From Bacillota bacterium (lineage in GTDB: Bacteria > Bacillota > Limnochordia > DTU087): a DNA stretch of 47,802 nt. The DNA lies in the NCBI GenBank assembly GCA_012727675.1, contig JAAYGR010000139.1, forward strand, positions 1 through 47,802. Direction: 5' to 3'. The notes under the pieces are model-generated. The model was not told where the DNA came from. It saw only the letters and a list, made by a program, of their open reading frames with translations, and did no database searches. The translations under genes were made by a program, and so were the position numbers. Shown here one piece after another: positions 1 to 10,819 of this stretch (positions are counted from its first letter, which is position 1; the number at the start of each line of letters is the position of its first letter).

Positions 1-93
1 AAGGTCCTCCCGGGTGGAACCAGTTTCAAAACTAGCACCACAGGCACAGGTAACTGTTGTCTGATAGTATGGTGGATGAATCTTCTCCTTCAC
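1..93 (-). CDS. rpmE: 50S ribosomal protein L31, first 31 codons only (gene runs off the left edge)
   Basis: Not in the ORF track. Reverse-strand translation from GTG at 93 gives MKEKIHPPYYQTTVTCACGASFETGSTREDL. This matches the conserved L31 N-terminus (IHP..Y...V.C.CG..F.T.S). AAGAGGTGA Shine-Dalgarno at 100-108. Confidence 0.8.
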   Translation of the reverse strand, partial: MKEKIHPPYYQTTVTCACGASFETGSTREDL

Positions 94-157
94 GGCCTGT
101 CACCTCTTTCCCCATTTGGTACTATAAAATTCGAAAATGCGATATACACACCGTAGA

Positions 158-187
158 ATTATACCATGATTGTTGGGATGGGCGCAA
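158..187 (-). promoter_or_regulatory. sigma-A type promoter for rpmE (extended -10)
   Basis: Minus-sense TTGCGC (187-182), 18 nt spacer, then TGGTATAAT (166-158). It lies about 55 nt upstream of the rpmE start. Confidence 0.5.
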
Positions 188-261
188 GCCGCACCCGTAC
201 ACTGATTTTCTTCTTGCCTGTGCTGCCTATAATGGAAACTTCTGCAAGACGCCAACCGGCA

Positions 262-1392
262 CTAGGGCAAGAGATATTTTTCAGGATCAACCGCTGTCCC
301 TCGATAACGGATCTCAAAATGGAGATGCGGACCGGTTGACCGGCCGGTATTGCCGCTGTAGGCGATGATCTGCCCACGCTTTACAGTCTCACCAGCCTTA
401 ACAGCTAGCCGAGAATTATGGGCATATCGCGTCTCTACCCTTTGCCCATGGTCGATGATTACAAGATTACCGTATGAGCCCCGAGCCCCGCTCCAGGTAA
501 CCCGTCCATCGGCAGCGGCCCGTATGGGAGTTCCTATAGGAACCGCAATATCCAATCCATAGTGCATGCTGCCCCACCGAGGGCCAAACCGGGATGATAT
601 CCGGGCCCTTGCCGGCCAATCAAAGGCTCTCCGCAGCTGGCCGTTGGATCCAACCAGCTGATAGCGCTGGGCAGCCACTGCCTGCGCACCTGGAATCACC
701 AGCTGCTGTCCTACCCGCAGGGCACTGGGATCCGATAAGTCATTGGCCTCAACGATATCCTGGGTCTTAACCTGGTAAGCCCTGGCTATGCTCCATACAC
801 TATCCCCCGCCCTTACTGTATGCAGAGCTCCATCCATGGTCAAAATGGTCAATTTCTGTCCTACCTGCAGGCGCTGGGGATCGCTGATCCCGTTGGCCGC
901 CACAATTGTGTCGATATGGATTCCATAGATTTTGGCAATATCCCATAGGGTCTGCCCCCGTGCCACTACATGGGTTAACACGGTAGGTTTGTCTTTTTCG
1001 GATGGTTGGTCCGCTGGCTGAGCTTCATCATCTTGAGCCGCGACAGTGACAGCATCGAGTAACCCCGATGCCTCTTTCGTAGTCTCCCCATCTGCAGAAC
1101 TAATTATCTCTCCAAGGGAAACGGAGGGGGCACTGTTCGCACCTGCCATGGCGAGGAGTGCTTGGAGGTCATCAGACATTAGCGAAGCAAATTCGAGATC
1201 ATCAGGATCAGGACCACCCTGATCGGTTCCTCCCAACAAATCCTGGTTCCATGTAAACTGAACCTGAGAATCGGAGGTCAACCTAGAAGCCTCATCGGAG
1301 ACTGTCAAGGCAACAAAAATCATAAGTATCAAAAGGGTCCATCCCGGACGCCAGCGGCTGGTGCGATTGTCCTCCAACGCTACCCACTCCAA
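262..1392 (-). CDS. secreted LysM-domain / M23 family metallopeptidase (peptidoglycan hydrolase)
   Basis: N-terminal TM/signal segment. Two LysM repeats (THVVARGQTLWDIAKIYG..., HTVRAGDSVWSIARAYQ...). C-terminal M23 motifs HYGLDIAVP and GPHLHFEI. The start is TTG at 1392 or TTG at 1377 (uncertain). Confidence 0.85.
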   Translation of the reverse strand: MEWVALEDNRTSRWRPGWTLLILMIFVALTVSDEASRLTSDSQVQFTWNQDLLGGTDQGGPDPDDLEFASLMSDDLQALLAMAGANSAPSVSLGEIISSADGETTKEASGLLDAVTVAAQDDEAQPADQPSEKDKPTVLTHVVARGQTLWDIAKIYGIHIDTIVAANGISDPQRLQVGQKLTILTMDGALHTVRAGDSVWSIARAYQVKTQDIVEANDLSDPSALRVGQQLVIPGAQAVAAQRYQLVGSNGQLRRAFDWPARARISSRFGPRWGSMHYGLDIAVPIGTPIRAAADGRVTWSGARGSYGNLVIIDHGQRVETRYAHNSRLAVKAGETVKRGQIIAYSGNTGRSTGPHLHFEIRYRGTAVDPEKYLLP

Positions 1393-1531
1393 TCCTATGG
1401 AATCAATTTGTTAATTTCTTGCCGTTGGGGGCTAAATCCTTTTTTTGCTGAGAAATTCTTCTGTAGGTTTAACTTCCTATATTTGGAAGTCGGTCCTTTC
1501 ACCCATGCACAATACAAGCCAAGGTGTCAAG

Positions 1532-2803
1532 CTATGATGACCGCACATTCTCCGCGAAGGTAGAATTAATGACTAAGTCTATCAACTCCGCGTTGGACTT
1601 GGTGTGCATAATTCGGTCAATGAGAATATCTGTCGTTTCTGCCGTCCCAACGGAGCTGAAAGCCTTTCGCAACAGCCACATCATCTCCAGTTCCTGCTCA
1701 GTCAAGAGCAGTTCCTCTTTCCGTGTGCCTGACCGGTAGATATCGATGGCGGGGAAAATACGCCGTTCTGCAAGGCGTCGGTCTAGGTGGAGCTCCATGT
1801 TGCCGGTACCCTTGAACTCTTCATATATCACGTCATCCATTCGAGAACCTGTTTCGATGAGAGCAGTAGCTAGTATTGTAAGACTGCCCCCTTCCTCGAG
1901 CTTGCGGGCAGCACCAAAGAATCGCTTGGGACGATGCAGCGCCGCTGGATCAACACCACCGGAAAGGGTGCGTCCGCTGGGTGGTACCACCAGGTTATGG
2001 GCCCGGGCCAGCCGGGTAATACTGTCCAGCAAAATGACAACATCTCTTCCATGCTCCACTAAACGCCGGGCCCTCTCCAATACCATATCTGCCACTCGGA
2101 CGTGGTTATCCGGGGGCTCGTCAAAGGTTGAGCTGATCACTTCTCCATCGACGGACCTCTGCATGTCGGTGACTTCCTCCGGCCGCTCATCGATGAGAAG
2201 TACCATCAGTTCAACTTCCGGATGATTATGGGTTACGCTGTTGGCTATCTTCTTTAAGACTGTGGTCTTGCCGGCCTTAGGCGGAGCTACGATTAAGCCC
2301 CGCTGACCTTTTCCCAAAGGCGCTACAACATCAATTAGTCTTGTTGCCGTATCTTCCTGGGAAACTTCCAGCCGCAGGCGCTCGTAGGGATAGATGGGGG
2401 TGAGGTCTTCGAAGTTGGGTCGGCTGGTGGCTTTTTCAGGGTCGAGGCCGTTAACGGCTACAACCTTTAGGAGAGCGTTATACCGTTCATTGTCTTTTGG
2501 GGGTCTTACTTGCCCTAGGACTAAATCACCGGTTCGCAGGCTGAATCTCCTGATTTGAGATGGTGATACGTAGACATCTTCACTGCTGGGAGCATATCCC
2601 TCTACCCGCAGAAATCCGTAACCGTCAGGAAGGATCTCCAGTACCCCGTCTTTGAATTCCAGACCCTCTTTGTTTGACTCAGCTTTTAGAATTTCAAAGA
2701 TAAGTTCACGCTTGCGGAGCCGTGAAGAACCGGGGATCTCAAGCTCTTTCGCGATCTCCTGCAGCTCCGCCGATGTTTTCTCTTCCAGTTGAGAAATGTT
2801 CAT
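1532..2803 (-). CDS. rho: transcription termination factor Rho
   Basis: 423 aa. Rho N-terminal domain ([25 protein letters not shown]), RNA-binding OB region and Walker A (APPKAGKTT). Sequence is typical Rho over the full length. Confidence 0.97.
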   Translation of the reverse strand: MNISQLEEKTSAELQEIAKELEIPGSSRLRKRELIFEILKAESNKEGLEFKDGVLEILPDGYGFLRVEGYAPSSEDVYVSPSQIRRFSLRTGDLVLGQVRPPKDNERYNALLKVVAVNGLDPEKATSRPNFEDLTPIYPYERLRLEVSQEDTATRLIDVVAPLGKGQRGLIVAPPKAGKTTVLKKIANSVTHNHPEVELMVLLIDERPEEVTDMQRSVDGEVISSTFDEPPDNHVRVADMVLERARRLVEHGRDVVILLDSITRLARAHNLVVPPSGRTLSGGVDPAALHRPKRFFGAARKLEEGGSLTILATALIETGSRMDDVIYEEFKGTGNMELHLDRRLAERRIFPAIDIYRSGTRKEELLLTEQELEMMWLLRKAFSSVGTAETTDILIDRIMHTKSNAELIDLVINSTFAENVRSS

Positions 2804-3024
2804 AACTCCACTCCTTAACCCTCTGTACTGAAATTGCCACTTATCAAAACAGTGGGATTATTGCGTCTAGCAGCGCAAGATTGCAGCTGCCGCCTTTTAC
2901 AGGTGGCTGATATAAAATTCTTAGACTTGTTCTCGCTGAATGATAGCTGAATTTGTGAGTAGGAGAGTACTCAAGAACATGCTGGCATCAATCAAGGTCA
3001 GACAGACGATGATGGTGAACCAAA

Positions 3025-3066
3025 GTCAAGAATGGGAGGCGGGTGGTAGATTAGTTCACCCGCCTG
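3025..3066 (-). terminator. candidate intrinsic terminator after fba
   Basis: Stem AGGCGGGTG (3038-3046) pairs with CACCCGCCT (3057-3065). The minus-sense tail CCCATTCTTGACTTT is only moderately U-rich. Confidence 0.4.
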
Positions 3067-3083
3067 CTTCGCTAGTAACCTTT

Positions 3084-3938
3084 TTATGCTCTTCCAGAAG
3101 AGCCAAACAAACGCATCTTCTCCTGTACTACCTTCTGCATAGCTTCCCTTGCCGGACCTAAGATTTTCCGGGGGTCTATCTCATTGGGTGCTGCTTCCAA
3201 AACGTTGCGGACAGCTTGTGTGAAGGCTACCCGCAGTTCTGTATCAATATTGATCTTGCTGATTCCAAGCTGACAGGCCTTCCGAATTGCCTCATCAGGC
3301 ACACCTGAAGCGCCGTGTAAGACCAAGGGGATGTCTACTCGCTTCTTGATCTCTTCCAAACGCTTAAAGTCAATCCTGGGCTCCCCTTTATAGACTCCGT
3401 GGGCCGTACCTATGGCTACAGCCAAGAGGTCAGGCTGAGCCCGCTCCACAAATTCGGCAGCTTCATCTGGATTGGTCATGGTGGCATCCTGCTCGGCAAC
3501 CACAATATCGTCTTCGGTGCCGCCAATCTTACCCAATTCTGCCTCCACCGAGACACCCACTGCGTGGGCAACATCTGCAACCCGTTTTACCAAAGCAATG
3601 TTCTCTTCGAAAGGCAGCTGAGAACCATCGATCATCACGGCCGAAAAACCCTTACGAATACACACCATTGCCTGTTCAAAACTGGTCCCGTGATCTAAAT
3701 TCAGAGCCACCGGCACAGATGCGTTTTCCGCGGCCACCCGGGCCATGGCTGCAATATAATCGATGCCGGCATACTTTAGGCCGCCCTGACTTGCCTGCAA
3801 GATGACAGGCGAGCGCTCCTCCTCAGCGGCGGCGATAACGGCCTGCAGGATCTCCATGTTATTTAGGTTGAAGGCTCCTACAGCGTAGCCGCCTTCGGCA
3901 GCGGCCCTGGTTAATTCAGCGACAGTTACTAAAGCCAA
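3084..3938 (-). CDS. fba: class II fructose-1,6-bisphosphate aldolase
   Basis: 284 aa. Class II aldolase signatures are present (LNLDHG, LVLHGASG). Resembles Firmicute FbaA over the full length. Confidence 0.93.
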   Translation of the reverse strand: MALVTVAELTRAAAEGGYAVGAFNLNNMEILQAVIAAAEEERSPVILQASQGGLKYAGIDYIAAMARVAAENASVPVALNLDHGTSFEQAMVCIRKGFSAVMIDGSQLPFEENIALVKRVADVAHAVGVSVEAELGKIGGTEDDIVVAEQDATMTNPDEAAEFVERAQPDLLAVAIGTAHGVYKGEPRIDFKRLEEIKKRVDIPLVLHGASGVPDEAIRKACQLGISKINIDTELRVAFTQAVRNVLEAAPNEIDPRKILGPAREAMQKVVQEKMRLFGSSGRA

Positions 3939-3979
3939 ATTCTTCTCCTCCCACTTGCCGGGCCATACTTGACCCTTGT

Positions 3980-4636
3980 CTATACTCTATGTCGGTAACG
4001 AAAGTCAGCTGAGTCGATACATGTGAAAGCGCCTTTTTTTAGGACAACCTCCTGAAGCCCTTCCATGGCGGCAAGGTCTTCTTCCCGTTCGGCATATATA
4101 ACTAATGTTCCGCCACACTCTGAACACACAACTTCAACCTTCTCGGAGAAAAGGTCAAGCTCCAGCTGACGATTGCCGCAGCCGCAATACAACTGTCCAT
4201 CATTGGCCCAGGTCTGGAGCCGCCCCAATACTTCCCGCATTATCTCAATGTCAACAAATGCAGAGTCAATGGCTCCTGGCACCACTACATTTGCCAGCAG
4301 ATCTCCCTCCGCGGCCAAGAGCTCCTGCACCCGTTCAGCCCGTCCAATCATAGCCAGGTCAATATCACTTACAGGGCAGAAGAGCACCAAAGCATCATTA
4401 TGGATAAGCCCCTTGGCATCCACGAGGATCTCGTGCTGGGTTTCGCATATGATACAACCGATGTGCAGTTTGTATAAGCGGCTGTGCCGTCCAATCTCTA
4501 CTAGAAAATGCCCGCACTGGCAGCGAATGGTGGTTGGTTTGCTGCTATGTAGCTCGAACAGAGAGTAATCACGGAGTTCGAGCCGACCACATTGGGGACA
4601 CCGCACGGCCACGACTCGTCTTGTATCAATCAACAT
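3980..4636 (-). CDS. cysteine-rich hypothetical protein with two zinc-ribbon-like modules
   Basis: 218 aa. Cys pairs are CPQC..CQCGH..CIIC in the N-terminal half and CGCG..CSEC in the C-terminal half. I recognise no enzymatic motif. Confidence 0.6.
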   Translation of the reverse strand: MLIDTRRVVAVRCPQCGRLELRDYSLFELHSSKPTTIRCQCGHFLVEIGRHSRLYKLHIGCIICETQHEILVDAKGLIHNDALVLFCPVSDIDLAMIGRAERVQELLAAEGDLLANVVVPGAIDSAFVDIEIMREVLGRLQTWANDGQLYCGCGNRQLELDLFSEKVEVVCSECGGTLVIYAEREEDLAAMEGLQEVVLKKGAFTCIDSADFRYRHRV

Positions 4637-4751
4637 CTAAGTCCACTCCCTTGGCGGCTCAGTTGTAAGGTTTCGCTACCTAGAAACAAACTCCTTTAGG
4701 AACCGTTAGTTTATTTTGCCAAGGGGTGGCCCTTCCCGGCGGTCATTTTTC

Positions 4752-4801
4752 ATAAAAATCGCCTCCCCGTTCTATCCTTTCCAGTATAAACCGGGGAGGC
4801 A
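4752..4801 (-). terminator. intrinsic terminator after the DUF151 nuclease gene
   Basis: GCCTCCCCG (4761-4769) pairs with CGGGGAGGC (4792-4800). A minus-sense U tract follows (4754-4759). The loop is large (22 nt). Confidence 0.55.
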
Positions 4802-4831
4802 GACTTTATAACTGACGGACCGCCGCTTTAG

Positions 4832-5341
4832 CTATTGGAGATTGCGGCGGAAGTCATCGGGGGTGAGATCAGCCAAGAACCGGCGGAATTCTTCCGCCTC
4901 TTCATCATGGCTGTCTGCCGAAGTCTCCCCGCCCGCAGCCTCGCGATCGGCAATCATGGCTTGGTTAGCTACAGCTTCCGAAACAAAGATCGGACTCTGG
5001 GTGCGGAGTGCAAGGGCAATGGCATCACTTGGTCTGGCATCCACTTCAACTTTCCCCGTTACCGTCTTAAGAACAATACAACCATAGTACGTCTCATCCC
5101 TGAGGTCCGAGATCACTACTCGATCAACCTGGGCATCCAGCTTGCTCAGCAGGTCCCGCATTAGATCGTGGGTTAGTGGTCGGGGCGGCTTAATCCCTTC
5201 GAGTTCCATGGCAATTGCATTGGCCTCAGCAGGACCTACCATGATGGGCAAGAAATGCCGTTCATCCATGTCAGTCACTACTACAACCGGGCACATGGCA
5301 ACCTGGTCAATGCCAACTAGCTTTACCTTAACCCGAACCAT
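4832..5341 (-). CDS. bifunctional nuclease family protein (DUF151/BFN domain)
   Basis: Core sequence VVVVTDMDERHFLPIMVGPAEANAI...ARPSDAIALALR is typical of the DUF151 family, followed by an acidic C-terminal tail. The ORF track starts at 5506. I prefer ATG at 5341 (MVRVKVKLVGI...), preceded by GAGAGGTGGA. Confidence 0.8.
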   Translation of the reverse strand: MVRVKVKLVGIDQVAMCPVVVVTDMDERHFLPIMVGPAEANAIAMELEGIKPPRPLTHDLMRDLLSKLDAQVDRVVISDLRDETYYGCIVLKTVTGKVEVDARPSDAIALALRTQSPIFVSEAVANQAMIADREAAGGETSADSHDEEAEEFRRFLADLTPDDFRRNLQ

Positions 5342-5522
5342 ATCTTCCACCTCTCTCGTCTCCCAAGGTGATAACCCATCCATTTCAGCAGCCTCCCACA
5401 ACCGTGCCACTGATGAATGAACGCTGCCCTCAACTAATCTCGCGATTATTATATCAAAAGGCTTAGGTTCGCGCCACCAGCACCTTTGCCAGTAGATGCC
5501 GTTCACCGTCTAGCTTATTTCT

Positions 5523-7172
<1,650 letters not shown>

Positions 7173-7218
7173 TTATTTTAGCTCTTATCATTTAATCCGT
7201 AAAGATACAGGAACTCCC

Positions 7219-7249
7219 ACAAAAAAGAAGCCTCCTCTAAGGAAGCTCT
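7219..7249 (-). terminator. intrinsic terminator between the membrane-protein gene and pyrG
   Basis: Minus-sense AGCTTCC-TTAGA-GGAGGCT (one mismatch) followed by TTTTTT (7226-7221). Confidence 0.6.
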
Positions 7250-7317
7250 GTAATTGCTGGCTGCTGTCACAGGAGGCAGCCCCATAATAGTCAAATGCGG
7301 CATAATAGAGTTCCCTG

Positions 7318-8058
7318 CTAAACCTCACCTTCAGTGGTTGTCTCAACGGTTGTCCCTTGAGAAGGTGCATCATCATACTTCTGCATCAGCTCATGATAAC
7401 TAACATTTTGAAGAAAAGCTATGATGCCCAGCATCAAAAGCAGTACAGGTGCAGCTAGAATCACACTCAACACCACTACTATTAGTACTGCCACAGATAG
7501 GGCAATGGTAACCACCAGATTATCCAGGGCCAGCAAAGCTGACCGCTTCATGGTTAAGAAAACACCGATATTCTGATTAACTAGGAATGGGAAAATGTAA
7601 TTACTCATTAATGCCCAAAAAATAAAGAAGTAAATCCAGATGCCTGACAGCATTTGGATGAACTTATTGGGACTATTCAAGGTAAAAATTAGATCCGAAG
7701 CCAGGATCAACAAAATGAGGACATTGAGCAGTACCAGGGCAGCACTTCGCGAGAAAAACTTCTGGAAAAAAGTAAAGAATTCCCGGACCCTCACATCCTC
7801 ATTTTGTACAATCCTGGTAGCAATGCCATGAACTGCGGCGGTTGCCGGACCCATGGTCACCACTGTCAAGAAGATACCTACTCCGATCACTGCTGGATTT
7901 TGTATAAACTTGCTGAAGCTGGTGACCACCAAAATGGGGAAGAAGCCTGTAATAAACCAGAGGGCGCTGGCAGCAATCACCATCCCCAGATAATCATAGG
8001 AATACCGAATTCCCCTGCGGATTATCAGCCATGACTTAGAGATCGATTGCCCTGCCAT
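7318..8058 (-). CDS. integral membrane protein of unknown function (possibly DUF624/YesL-like)
   Basis: 246 aa with about six hydrophobic helices. The family assignment is from memory of the N-terminal pattern only. Confidence 0.6.
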   Translation of the reverse strand: MAGQSISKSWLIIRRGIRYSYDYLGMVIAASALWFITGFFPILVVTSFSKFIQNPAVIGVGIFLTVVTMGPATAAVHGIATRIVQNEDVRVREFFTFFQKFFSRSAALVLLNVLILLILASDLIFTLNSPNKFIQMLSGIWIYFFIFWALMSNYIFPFLVNQNIGVFLTMKRSALLALDNLVVTIALSVAVLIVVVLSVILAAPVLLLMLGIIAFLQNVSYHELMQKYDDAPSQGTTVETTTEGEV

Positions 8059-8098
8059 ATCGCTCCTCCTCGCTTACCTAGCCAACGGGCTCTTCTAC

Positions 8099-9778
8099 TC
8101 ACATCTGCTCAGGAGCTGAAACCCCCAAAATCCCCAGTGCTATTTGGAGAACTTGCTTTGTTGCCTGGACCAAAACCAGTCGCGCGTCCTGCAGGGCTTC
8201 CTCCTCACCTAAGACCCGGCAGTGGGTATAGAAACTGTGGAAGGTAGAAGCCAATTCATAGCAGTAACGGGCTATCCTATGGGGTTCTCTCCGCTCCGCT
8301 GCCTCGATAATCTCCTCCGGCAGTTGGGCCAGTTTCTTGATTAGATCAAGCTCCGCCTCTGTCTCCAGCATGTTCAGATCGGCCTGGGCCGCCGCTGGCA
8401 GCTTAACACCATTTTCTTCAGCTTGCCGCAGAATGCTGCAAATACGGGCATGGGCATACTGGATATAATAGACCGGGTTCTCCTGACTCTGCTCTACAGC
8501 CAAAGCCATATCGAAATCCAAGTGACTGTCGGGAGCCCGCATCAGGAAGAAGTACCTGGCCGCGTCTTTGCCGACCTCATCCAGTAGCTCCTTCATACTG
8601 ACAAATCTCCCTGCCCGCTTGGACATGCGCACCTTCTCACCGTGGCGCAGGAGGGTCACCAGCTGTAGAATAATAACTTCAAAACTATCTGCCGGATAAC
8701 CCAGTGCTTGAATGGCAGCACTCATTCTTGCAATGTAGCCGTGGTGGTCAGGCCCCCAGATATCAATCAGATGCTCAAACCCGCGGCGGTACTTGTTCCA
8801 ATGATAGGCCACGTCAGGGGTAAGATAGGTTAGTTCGCCATCAGACTTGACCATAACCCGATCTTTGTCATCGCCAAATCTGGTAGAGGCAAACCAAATC
8901 GCCCCATCCTCTTCATACAGGTAGCCGGCTTCCTGCATGAACTTGATTACCTCATCCAGCTGCTGCCCTTGGTGCAAATCCCGCTCCCGGAACCACAGGT
9001 CAAATTCTACTCCAAAGGCGGCCAAATCCGCCTTCTGCTGTTCAACCATCCGGTCGGTACCCCACCGCTTGCAGAAAGCCTCTTGCTCCTCTTGAGATTT
9101 CTCTAACAGATTCGGCACTTCCTGCCGCAGGACCTCAGCCAGCTCTGTGACATAATCAGCGGGGTAGCCATCTTCGGGGAACTCTACCTCCAGACCAGCC
9201 AACTCCTTATATCTGGCAAGGAGGGAGAGACCGAAAAGATATGCTTGCCGACCTGCGTCATTTACATAGTACTCCCGACTTACATCATACCCGGCAGCTT
9301 CCATGATATTGGCCAGGGTATCCCCCACCGCCGCTGCCCGGGCATTGACAACATTCATGGGACCTACCGGATTGGCACTAACGAACTCCAAGAGTACTTT
9401 CTTGCCTTGTCCATGATTGGAGCGACCGTAGCCATCGCCCTGCTCTTCAATATCCCTTAAGACCTTGTACAGCCATTGGTTGTTAAGGCGCAGGTTGATA
9501 AACCCAGGTCCAGCCACCTCAACACTCTCGATGAAAGTATCTGTCAGGTCCAGGTGTTGAATGAGCAGTTCGGCAATGCGCCGGGGAGCTTGTTTTACCT
9601 CCCTGGTCAGCTGCATGGCCAGGTTGGTAGCCAAATCTCCATGGCTCTTGTCCTTAGGTATTTCCAGCTCAACAGCAGGCAGATTCTCGATTATCCAGCC
9701 CTCACTTGCAGCTGCCTTGTTTAGGGCCTCCAAAAAGGCTTGTTTAATCCGGGATTGCAGCTCTAGGGCAATACTCAT
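8099..9778 (-). CDS. argS: arginine--tRNA ligase
   Basis: 559 aa. Arg-tRNA synthetase N-terminal domain, catalytic core with MSKR (KMSKS-type) and a DALR anticodon-binding C-terminus ending in M. The HIGH position reads SANPVGPMNVVNAR (see findings). Confidence 0.93.
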   Translation of the reverse strand: MSIALELQSRIKQAFLEALNKAAASEGWIIENLPAVELEIPKDKSHGDLATNLAMQLTREVKQAPRRIAELLIQHLDLTDTFIESVEVAGPGFINLRLNNQWLYKVLRDIEEQGDGYGRSNHGQGKKVLLEFVSANPVGPMNVVNARAAAVGDTLANIMEAAGYDVSREYYVNDAGRQAYLFGLSLLARYKELAGLEVEFPEDGYPADYVTELAEVLRQEVPNLLEKSQEEQEAFCKRWGTDRMVEQQKADLAAFGVEFDLWFRERDLHQGQQLDEVIKFMQEAGYLYEEDGAIWFASTRFGDDKDRVMVKSDGELTYLTPDVAYHWNKYRRGFEHLIDIWGPDHHGYIARMSAAIQALGYPADSFEVIILQLVTLLRHGEKVRMSKRAGRFVSMKELLDEVGKDAARYFFLMRAPDSHLDFDMALAVEQSQENPVYYIQYAHARICSILRQAEENGVKLPAAAQADLNMLETEAELDLIKKLAQLPEEIIEAAERREPHRIARYCYELASTFHSFYTHCRVLGEEEALQDARLVLVQATKQVLQIALGILGVSAPEQM

Positions 9779-9874
9779 TCCATCACCTTCTTAGTTAAAC
9801 TCACCTTTCTGACACCGGGCAACCCCCCCGGTGCCGATAGCCTTCTTATATATCCTCATCAGCCGATCCAAGTG

Positions 9875-10705
9875 CTAAGACGTCACCAACTGCCGCACAA
9901 ATTCCGGCAGGGCAAAAGCCGCCTTGTGCACATCGGCATTGTAATACCTAGTTTTTAGAGACTGCGGTTTTTCCCTATTTATAACCGCAGGATCGTGCTT
10001 CTTGGCTCCTATGGTAAAACCCCACAAGCCGCTGGAATAACTGGGAATATAGGCTAAGTACAGCTTTGTTATGGGAAAGTGGGTATGGACGTTGGCAAAG
10101 GTCCGTCTAACATGCTCCGGCTCATAGTAGGGCGACTCCGTCTGGGCCACCATAATCCCATCATCCTTCAGGGCCTCATACACACTGCCGTAGAACTCAG
10201 AAGAAAAAAGGCCGACAGCCGGACCCACTGGATCCGTGGAATCGATAATGATCACATCATAGGTGTTCTTCGCTTCCCGAATATGTTCTATACCGTCGGT
10301 GATCAGGATCTCCACCCGCTCGTCATCTAACCCGCAGGAAATCTCAGGCAAATACTGACGGCTGGCTTCAATCACCTCGGCATCAATCTCCACCAGCACA
10401 GCCTGTTCCACTGTATCATGCTTGATAATTTCACGGATGGTCCCTCCATCACCGCCGCCGATCACCGCTACTTTGCGGGGATTCGGATGGGCATTCAGAG
10501 GCACATGGGCAATCATCTCATGGTAGACAAATTCGTCGGCAACGGTGGTCTGCACAATGCCGTCCAGTAGCAGCATCCGGCCGAACTGTTCTGTGTCGAT
10601 AACAGCAACCTCTTGATATGGAGAGCGCTTCCGCAAAAGTGTGCCCTTAGTTTTGCAAGTCATCCCGACATGCTCTGTCTGCTTCTCGGTGTACCAAAGT
10701 TCCAT
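9875..10705 (-). CDS. speE: spermidine synthase (polyamine aminopropyltransferase)
   Basis: 276 aa. MELWYTE..., LLLDG, VIGGGDGGTIRE and IIIDSTDP motifs. Confidence 0.93.
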   Translation of the reverse strand: MELWYTEKQTEHVGMTCKTKGTLLRKRSPYQEVAVIDTEQFGRMLLLDGIVQTTVADEFVYHEMIAHVPLNAHPNPRKVAVIGGGDGGTIREIIKHDTVEQAVLVEIDAEVIEASRQYLPEISCGLDDERVEILITDGIEHIREAKNTYDVIIIDSTDPVGPAVGLFSSEFYGSVYEALKDDGIMVAQTESPYYEPEHVRRTFANVHTHFPITKLYLAYIPSYSSGLWGFTIGAKKHDPAVINREKPQSLKTRYYNADVHKAAFALPEFVRQLVTS

Positions 10706-10774
10706 GAGGTATGACCTCCTTCCAAACCAGTCAGTAGAAACTGCCGGCAGGGGTCCCCAAGGCAGTCATGAGAT

Positions 10775-10803
10775 AGTATACCAGATGGACTGTAGAAAAT
10801 AAA
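10775..10803 (-). promoter_or_regulatory. candidate promoter for speE (extended -10)
   Basis: Minus-sense TTTATT (10803-10798), 17 nt spacer, then TGGTATACT (10783-10775). Confidence 0.35.
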
Positions 10804-10819
10804 CTAATTCCTCCCACGA

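Noticed and set aside
1393-1531. c-di-AMP (ydaO-type) riboswitch upstream of the LysM/M23 cell-wall hydrolase
   Set aside because: The interval is only ~140 nt, and I could not find the conserved ydaO core elements. Only a weak hairpin (CTTCC-AAATATA-GGAAG) is present.
9813-9833. Hairpin CACCGGG-CAACCCC-CCCGGTG between speE and argS as a terminator
   Set aside because: No U tract follows it on the minus sense, where the next bases are TCAGAAAGG. It may be a processing or stability element, but I cannot support a terminator call.
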